Of a stretch of DNA of 46,657 nucleotides, positions 42,505 through 46,657 are shown in pieces. The notes under the pieces are model-generated. The model saw nothing but the letters and a program-made list of their open reading frames with translations, was not told where the DNA came from and did no database searches. Position 1 is the stretch's first letter, and each line of letters opens with the position of its first letter. The translations under genes and the position numbers were made by a program. Source of the DNA: an uncultured Tissierella sp. Lineage in GTDB: Bacteria > Bacillota > Clostridia > Tissierellales > Tissierellaceae. The DNA lies in contig CAYOFC010000001.1 of NCBI GenBank assembly GCA_964403265.1, positions 1 to 46,657 on the forward strand, in the 5' to 3' direction.

Positions 42505-42642
42505 GGACACTAGGGGAGCCGTATGGCTGAGAGCGGACTAAATCCCGACCCTTATGACCTGAACTAGGTAATACTAGCGTAGGGAAGTGTGGAGTATGCA
42601 ATTTTATCCATTACCTATGCCCATAGGTAGTGGATTTTTTTA
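42505..42642 (+). promoter_or_regulatory. TPP (THI-box) riboswitch with intrinsic terminator expression platform
   Basis: The aptamer (about 42507-42590) reads CACUAGGGGAGCC..GGCUGAGAG...ACCCUUAUGACCUGAACUAGGUAAUACUAGCGUAGGGAAGUG and matches the THI-box core. A terminator follows, and thiT and thiN lie downstream. Confidence 0.92.
42606..42642 (+). terminator. riboswitch-controlled intrinsic terminator
   Basis: ATCCATTACCTATG (42606-42619) pairs with CATAGGTAGTGGAT (42622-42635), with one G-U pair. A T7 run follows. Confidence 0.85.
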
Positions 42643-42717
42643 TGGCCGATTTGAGGGTATTCTACAGCGCTCTTAAAGATTGCCTGGGCATAAATTAAAA
42701 TTGTAAACTACAAATAT

Positions 42718-42740
42718 CTATCCTTTAATATTAAGGATAG
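42718..42740. promoter_or_regulatory. palindromic hairpin between the riboswitch terminator and thiT
   Basis: CTATCCTT (42718-42725) pairs with AAGGATAG (42733-42740) around TAATATT. Its function is unknown. Confidence 0.25.
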
Positions 42741-42774
42741 TAGTCTAATTAATTTCAAAATTTGGAGGTATATT

Positions 42775-43311
42775 ATGAATAAACGTTTTAATGTAAGAAT
42801 GATAACTGAGGGTGGAATGATGATAGCATTATCTGTACTTCTTAGTTATATAAAGTTGTATCAATTACCTAATGGAGGTAGTGTAACTGCTGGTAGCATG
42901 ATTCCCTTGATGATATTTGCCATTCGTTGGGGAGTAGGGCCTGGTATGTTAGTAGGCGGAACTTATGGATTAATTGATTTTATTTTGAAGCCGTATTTCT
43001 ATCATCCATTACAGTTTATATTAGATTATCCATTAGCTTTTGGATTACTAGGACTAGCTGGTTTAGGATATTTAAACAATAAGTCTGATGGGTATGGTAA
43101 ACTATCATTAGGAATATCCTTAGGGATTATAGGTAGAGCTATTAGTCATACTTTATCTGGTGTAATATTCTTTGCAGAATATGCTGGGGATCAAAATCCT
43201 TGGATATATTCTATAGTATATAATATGACATACTTGCTTCCAGAACTTATAATATCATTATTGGTATTGATGTTAATATGGAAACCTTTAAGGAAATCAA
43301 TTACAAGATAG
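42775..43311 (+). CDS. thiT: thiamine ECF transporter S-component ThiT
   Basis: 178-aa six-TM protein directly downstream of the TPP riboswitch. The N-terminus (ITEGGMMIALSVLLSYIKLYQLPNGGSVT) fits ThiT. Confidence 0.82.
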   Translation: MNKRFNVRMITEGGMMIALSVLLSYIKLYQLPNGGSVTAGSMIPLMIFAIRWGVGPGMLVGGTYGLIDFILKPYFYHPLQFILDYPLAFGLLGLAGLGYLNNKSDGYGKLSLGISLGIIGRAISHTLSGVIFFAEYAGDQNPWIYSIVYNMTYLLPELIISLLVLMLIWKPLRKSITR

Positions 43312-43321
43312 GAAGATGATT

Positions 43322-43957
43322 ATGAAAGGGTTAATTATTTCTAGTGGAAAAATCAATGATTATAGTTTACTGGAAAAGTTGATTTGTGAAAATGATTATA
43401 TTGTTTGTGCTGATGGTGGGCTTGACCACATAATGCAGATAGATAAAATCCCCAATATCATACTTGGGGATTTAGATTCTATCAGTGATTTAGGAATTGA
43501 GTATTTAAATAAAAATAATATAGAAGTAGAAAAATTTTCTGCTATAAAGGATAATACAGACACAGAACTGGCAATAATGCATTTAATTAATAAGGGAATA
43601 AATGACATTTCTCTTATAGGTGGTACAGGTACTAGACTTGATCATACAGTGGCTAATATATTTTTATTAAAAAGATTTAACGAAGATGGTACTAAGTTAA
43701 AAATAGTTGATGACAACAATATTATACACTTCGTTATTGATTCAATTACTATAAATAGGAAAGAAAATAGATTTATCTCTGTAATACCATTAAACCATGA
43801 GGGGATTATTGTAAGTCTAATTGGATTTAAGTATCCATTAAAGGATAAATATATAGAATTCTCATCGACTTTAGGGGTTAGTAATGAGATTATTAAAGAT
43901 AAGGGTATTATAAAAATAGAAAAAGGTGAAGCTTTAGTCTTTGAGTCACTAGATTAA
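43322..43957 (+). CDS. thiN: thiamine pyrophosphokinase
   Basis: ATG 43322 is better spaced from GGAAG than ATG 43316. Motifs are ADGG, GDLDS, KDNTDTE and GGTGTRLDH. Confidence 0.88.
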   Translation: MKGLIISSGKINDYSLLEKLICENDYIVCADGGLDHIMQIDKIPNIILGDLDSISDLGIEYLNKNNIEVEKFSAIKDNTDTELAIMHLINKGINDISLIGGTGTRLDHTVANIFLLKRFNEDGTKLKIVDDNNIIHFVIDSITINRKENRFISVIPLNHEGIIVSLIGFKYPLKDKYIEFSSTLGVSNEIIKDKGIIKIEKGEALVFESLD

Positions 43958-44034
43958 TTATAATACTATACTATATGTAACTAATATTACCTTAGTGAAT
44001 AATATATTATATATGGACTGGGGGAGTGTTGGTT

Positions 44035-44208
44035 ATGAAGAGATATTTTCATGGACATAAGAATAATCAAAAGATAAAGAAAATTATCGGGATTACTTTA
44101 GGAATAATAGGATTTTTAATACTTATTAACGTGATGAGCACGAAATTTTTACTAATTTTGATTGGACTAGGTCTAATTTTGATGGGTATTTTATTGTACA
44201 TGAAATAA
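44035..44208 (+). CDS. hypothetical small membrane protein (57 aa, two predicted TM helices)
   Basis: GGGGGAG lies 8 nt upstream of ATG 44035. The protein has a basic N-terminus followed by two hydrophobic stretches (IIGITLGIIGFLILINV and FLLILIGLGLILMGILLY). A terminator follows immediately. Confidence 0.45.
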   Translation: MKRYFHGHKNNQKIKKIIGITLGIIGFLILINVMSTKFLLILIGLGLILMGILLYMK

Positions 44209-44237
44209 GGCTACCAGTATTATTTATTGGTAGCCTT
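44207..44237. terminator. bidirectional terminator between the small ORF and convergent rpmB
   Basis: AAGGCTACCA (44207-44216) pairs with TGGTAGCCTT (44228-44237). Confidence 0.7.
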
Positions 44238-44254
44238 CTCATCTTTTCATTGAA

Positions 44255-44446
44255 TTATAATGCTCTTTTAACATATCCAGATCTTAGACATCTAGTGCAT
44301 GCATTGATTCTTTTTACAGTTCCATTAACATCTGCTCTAACTCTTCTGATATTAGGTAACCAACTTCTTGAACTCTTTTTATTTGAGAAAGTAACTTTAT
44401 TACCAAACATCTTTCCTTTGCCACATACATCACAAACTCTTGCCAT
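44255..44446 (-). CDS. rpmB: 50S ribosomal protein L28
   Basis: 63-aa ORF (MARVCDVCGKGKMFGNKVTFSNKKSSRSWLPNIRRVRA) with AGGAGG upstream. Confidence 0.96.
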   Translation of the reverse strand: MARVCDVCGKGKMFGNKVTFSNKKSSRSWLPNIRRVRADVNGTVKRINACTRCLRSGYVKRAL

Positions 44447-44587
44447 TGTGAAACACCTCCTTAGTATTTACGCGAAAAAACTCTATAATAGTTTCTTATA
44501 TGCTATAATAACAGATTATATTGTAACACAAATTATTATATAAATGCAACTATAATGTGTTATAATCTTAGTAATAGAATAGATTTA

Positions 44588-44616
44588 GTTGAACTATTGT
44601 AATTTTTATTGTAAAA
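44588..44616 (+). promoter_or_regulatory. candidate sigma-A promoter for asp23-yloV
   Basis: TTGAAC (44588-44593), a 17-nt spacer, then TAAAAT (44611-44616). Confidence 0.45.
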
Positions 44617-44655
44617 TGATACTATTGGTATATTTTAGAACAAGGAGGAGATTCT

Positions 44656-45012
44656 ATGCCAACCAAAACTCTTACTGATTTAGGAGCGATTGTTATAGAT
44701 GATAGTGTTATAGCTACAATAGCTGGGGTTGCAGCTATGGAAAGTTATGGCATAGTAGGTATGGCGTCCAAGAATGCAGCTGATGGTATATTTGAATTAC
44801 TTAAATGGGACTATTTATCTAAAGGAATTAAAGTATATACAAAAGATAATCAATTAAGCATCGATTTACATGTAATATTAGAATATGGAGTTAAAATTTC
44901 AGTCGTTGCAGAAAACATTATTGAACGTGTTAAGTTTAGTGTAGAGAAACTTACTGGATATGAGGTAGGCAGCATTAATGTCCATGTTCAAGGAATAAGA
45001 GTAGGAAAGTAG
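44656..45012 (+). CDS. Asp23/Gls24 family envelope stress protein (YloU)
   Basis: 118-aa ORF with IVIDDSVIATIAGVAAMESYGIVGM and the C-terminal INVHVQGI motif. It is divergent from rpmB, as in Bacillus. Confidence 0.9.
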   Translation: MPTKTLTDLGAIVIDDSVIATIAGVAAMESYGIVGMASKNAADGIFELLKWDYLSKGIKVYTKDNQLSIDLHVILEYGVKISVVAENIIERVKFSVEKLTGYEVGSINVHVQGIRVGK

Positions 45013-45030
45013 TTTAAGGAGGTACTATAC

Positions 45031-46657
45031 TTGAAAATTGAAATTATTGATGGAGATCTGCTTAAAAAAGCTTTAGCAGCAGGGTCAGGTCTTCTAGAAA
45101 AGAATAAAGAGGAGGTTAACTCCTTAAATGTTTTTCCTGTTCCAGATGGAGATACGGGTACAAATATGTCTTTGACAATTAAATCAGCTGTTAAGCAAAC
45201 ATCCAGCGCAATTGCTAATGACGCATATATGATAGCCTTAGCTGCAAGCCAAGGATCTTTGATGGGAGCTAGAGGTAACTCTGGTGTTATACTATCCCAA
45301 TTATTTAGAGGTTTTGCTACAGGAATAAAAGGAAAAACTGAGATAGATGTAAAGGCTTTTGCTGAAGGATTTAAGCAAGCGGCTGAAACTGCCTATAAGG
45401 CTGTTATGAAACCGACTGAAGGTACGATTCTTACAGTTGCTAGAGAAGTAGGAGAGTTCGCTATCTCTATTTCTAAAAATGAGAAGGATATACTCGTGTT
45501 TTTAGAAAAAGTAATAGAGCATGGTAACAAAACATTGGAAAAGACACCAGATATGCTACCAGTGTTAAAACAAGCTGGGGTTGTGGATGCTGGTGGTAAG
45601 GGACTTATGTATATAATAATTGGGGTATATAATTCTTTAGCAGGCATCGATGATTATGAAGAAACTGCTGAGATTCTTATAGAGCCGAAAGTTGTCCATA
45701 GAGAACACATAGATACAGATAATATTGAGTTTGGATATTGTACTGAATTTATGATAAATGGCAATGCAGATAAAATGGATAGTTTTAGAGATGAACTTTC
45801 AAGTCATGGAGATTCATTATTAGTAGTTGGTGGAGATGGAATCATCAAGGTTCATGTACACACTAACAATCCTGGTCTTGTACTAGATAAAGCACTATCC
45901 CTTGGTGAACTAAGCGATATAAAAATAGATAATATGAGATTCCAGCATGAAGAAGTTTTATTGAAGGAAGAATTAAAGAATATGGATTCCCAAGGTCCAA
46001 AGAAACCAACAAAGGAATATTCTTTTGTTGCTATATCAGTTGGGAAGGGAATTGATGAGGTGTTTAGGGAATTGCATGTTGACCACATTGTTTCTGGTGG
46101 GCAAACTATGAACCCGAGTACTGAAGATATTTTAAAGGCCATAGAGCTTACGGAAGGAAGAAATGTATTTGTACTTCCAAATAACAAAAATATAATTTGG
46201 GCTGCAGAGCAGACAAAGGAATTAAGCGATAGAAATGTTGTAGTACTGCCAACTAAATCAATTCCTGAAGGCATAGGGGCGTTATTGGCATATGATGAAA
46301 GCTCATCCTTAGAAGAGAATATTGAAAATATGAATGAGAATGTCAAGAGTATCTTAACAGGTCAAGTTACTTTTGCTGTCCGTGATAGTGAATTTAATAA
46401 TAATGAAATTAAAAAAGATGATATTATTGGCTTGTCTGATGGAGACATAGTTACTGCTGGTAAGGATATAAACCAAGTAGCTTTGGATTTAATTGAAGAT
46501 ATGATTAATGATGATATTTCAATTATTACTATTTTCTATGGTGAAGATATGGTAGAAGAAAAAGCTGAAGAATTATCCCAAATTTTAGAAGAGAAATATA
46601 AGGATGTAGATATTGAATTATTATTTGGTGGGCAACCATTATATTATTATATATTTT
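45031..46657 (+). CDS. yloV: DAK2-domain protein YloV (fatty acid kinase FakA-like), 3' end outside the window
   Basis: This gene is not in the ORF track because no stop occurs before the window end. TTG 45031 follows AAGGAGG. My translation reads MKIEIIDGDLLKKALAAGSGLLEKNKEEVNSLNVFPVPDGDTGTNM, and the frame stays open to 46657. Confidence 0.88.
   Translation, partial: MKIEIIDGDLLKKALAAGSGLLEKNKEEVNSLNVFPVPDGDTGTNMSLTIKSAVKQTSSAIANDAYMIALAASQGSLMGARGNSGVILSQLFRGFATGIKGKTEIDVKAFAEGFKQAAETAYKAVMKPTEGTILTVAREVGEFAISISKNEKDILVFLEKVIEHGNKTLEKTPDMLPVLKQAGVVDAGGKGLMYIIIGVYNSLAGIDDYEETAEILIEPKVVHREHIDTDNIEFGYCTEFMINGNADKMDSFRDELSSHGDSLLVVGGDGIIKVHVHTNNPGLVLDKALSLGELSDIKIDNMRFQHEEVLLKEELKNMDSQGPKKPTKEYSFVAISVGKGIDEVFRELHVDHIVSGGQTMNPSTEDILKAIELTEGRNVFVLPNNKNIIWAAEQTKELSDRNVVVLPTKSIPEGIGALLAYDESSSLEENIENMNENVKSILTGQVTFAVRDSEFNNNEIKKDDIIGLSDGDIVTAGKDINQVALDLIEDMINDDISIITIFYGEDMVEEKAEELSQILEEKYKDVDIELLFGGQPLYYYIF

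Noticed and set aside
44250-44543. A 97-aa plus-strand ORF overlapping rpmB.
   Set aside because: The opposite strand encodes an unmistakable ribosomal protein L28. The plus-strand peptide has no motif and no SD.

Overview
This is an AT-rich chromosomal segment from a low-GC Firmicute, probably Clostridia- or Tissierellia-like. spoIVA indicates a spore former and two chemoreceptor genes indicate motility. The window is almost entirely coding and mostly follows conserved housekeeping synteny. (1) 5-7157 holds glyA, a DUF512 radical-SAM/PDZ protein, der, plsY, gpsA and spoIVA. (2) About 7.2-19.3 kb is a less conserved stretch. It holds two methyl-accepting chemotaxis receptors in inverted orientation around an acyl-ACP-thioesterase-like gene, then corA, a TetR regulator with an MMPL/RND exporter, and a minus-strand radical-SAM plus queT pair. 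(3) 19.4-25.9 kb holds two uncharacterised membrane-anchored proteins, then ylmE, sepF, yggT, ylmH, divIVA, lspA, rluD and pyrR. (4) 25.9-46.7 kb is the equivalent of the B. subtilis ylo region: rqcH, yicC, remA, gmk, rpoZ, coaBC, priA, def, fmt, a Zn-peptidase, rsmB, rlmN, a PP2C phosphatase, prkC, rsgA, rpe, a TPP riboswitch with thiT and thiN, rpmB, asp23 and a DAK2/YloV protein that runs off the window end. I found no tRNA or rRNA genes, CRISPR arrays, transposases, integrases, phage genes or recognisable defence genes. I also found no convincing novel multi-gene system. The strongest non-routine signal is a candidate class-I preQ1 riboswitch pseudoknot (minus strand, about 19269-19308). 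It sits in front of a translationally coupled operon of a radical-SAM protein with a CX4CX2C motif and QueT, which suggests a queuine/preQ1 salvage module. Smaller observations are listed below:
- a repeat-bearing N-terminal extension on one chemoreceptor
- an unannotated 17-codon ORF with a strong Shine-Dalgarno (SD) sequence
- a sigma-D-type promoter with a long structured leader
- a heptad-repeat insertion in the MMPL protein
- an orphan HlyD-like protein next to the ylm cluster
- a probable ATT start codon for ylmE
- a small two-helix membrane protein in the position spoVM occupies in Bacillus
All functional calls rest on motif recognition and remembered family features. No database search was possible.
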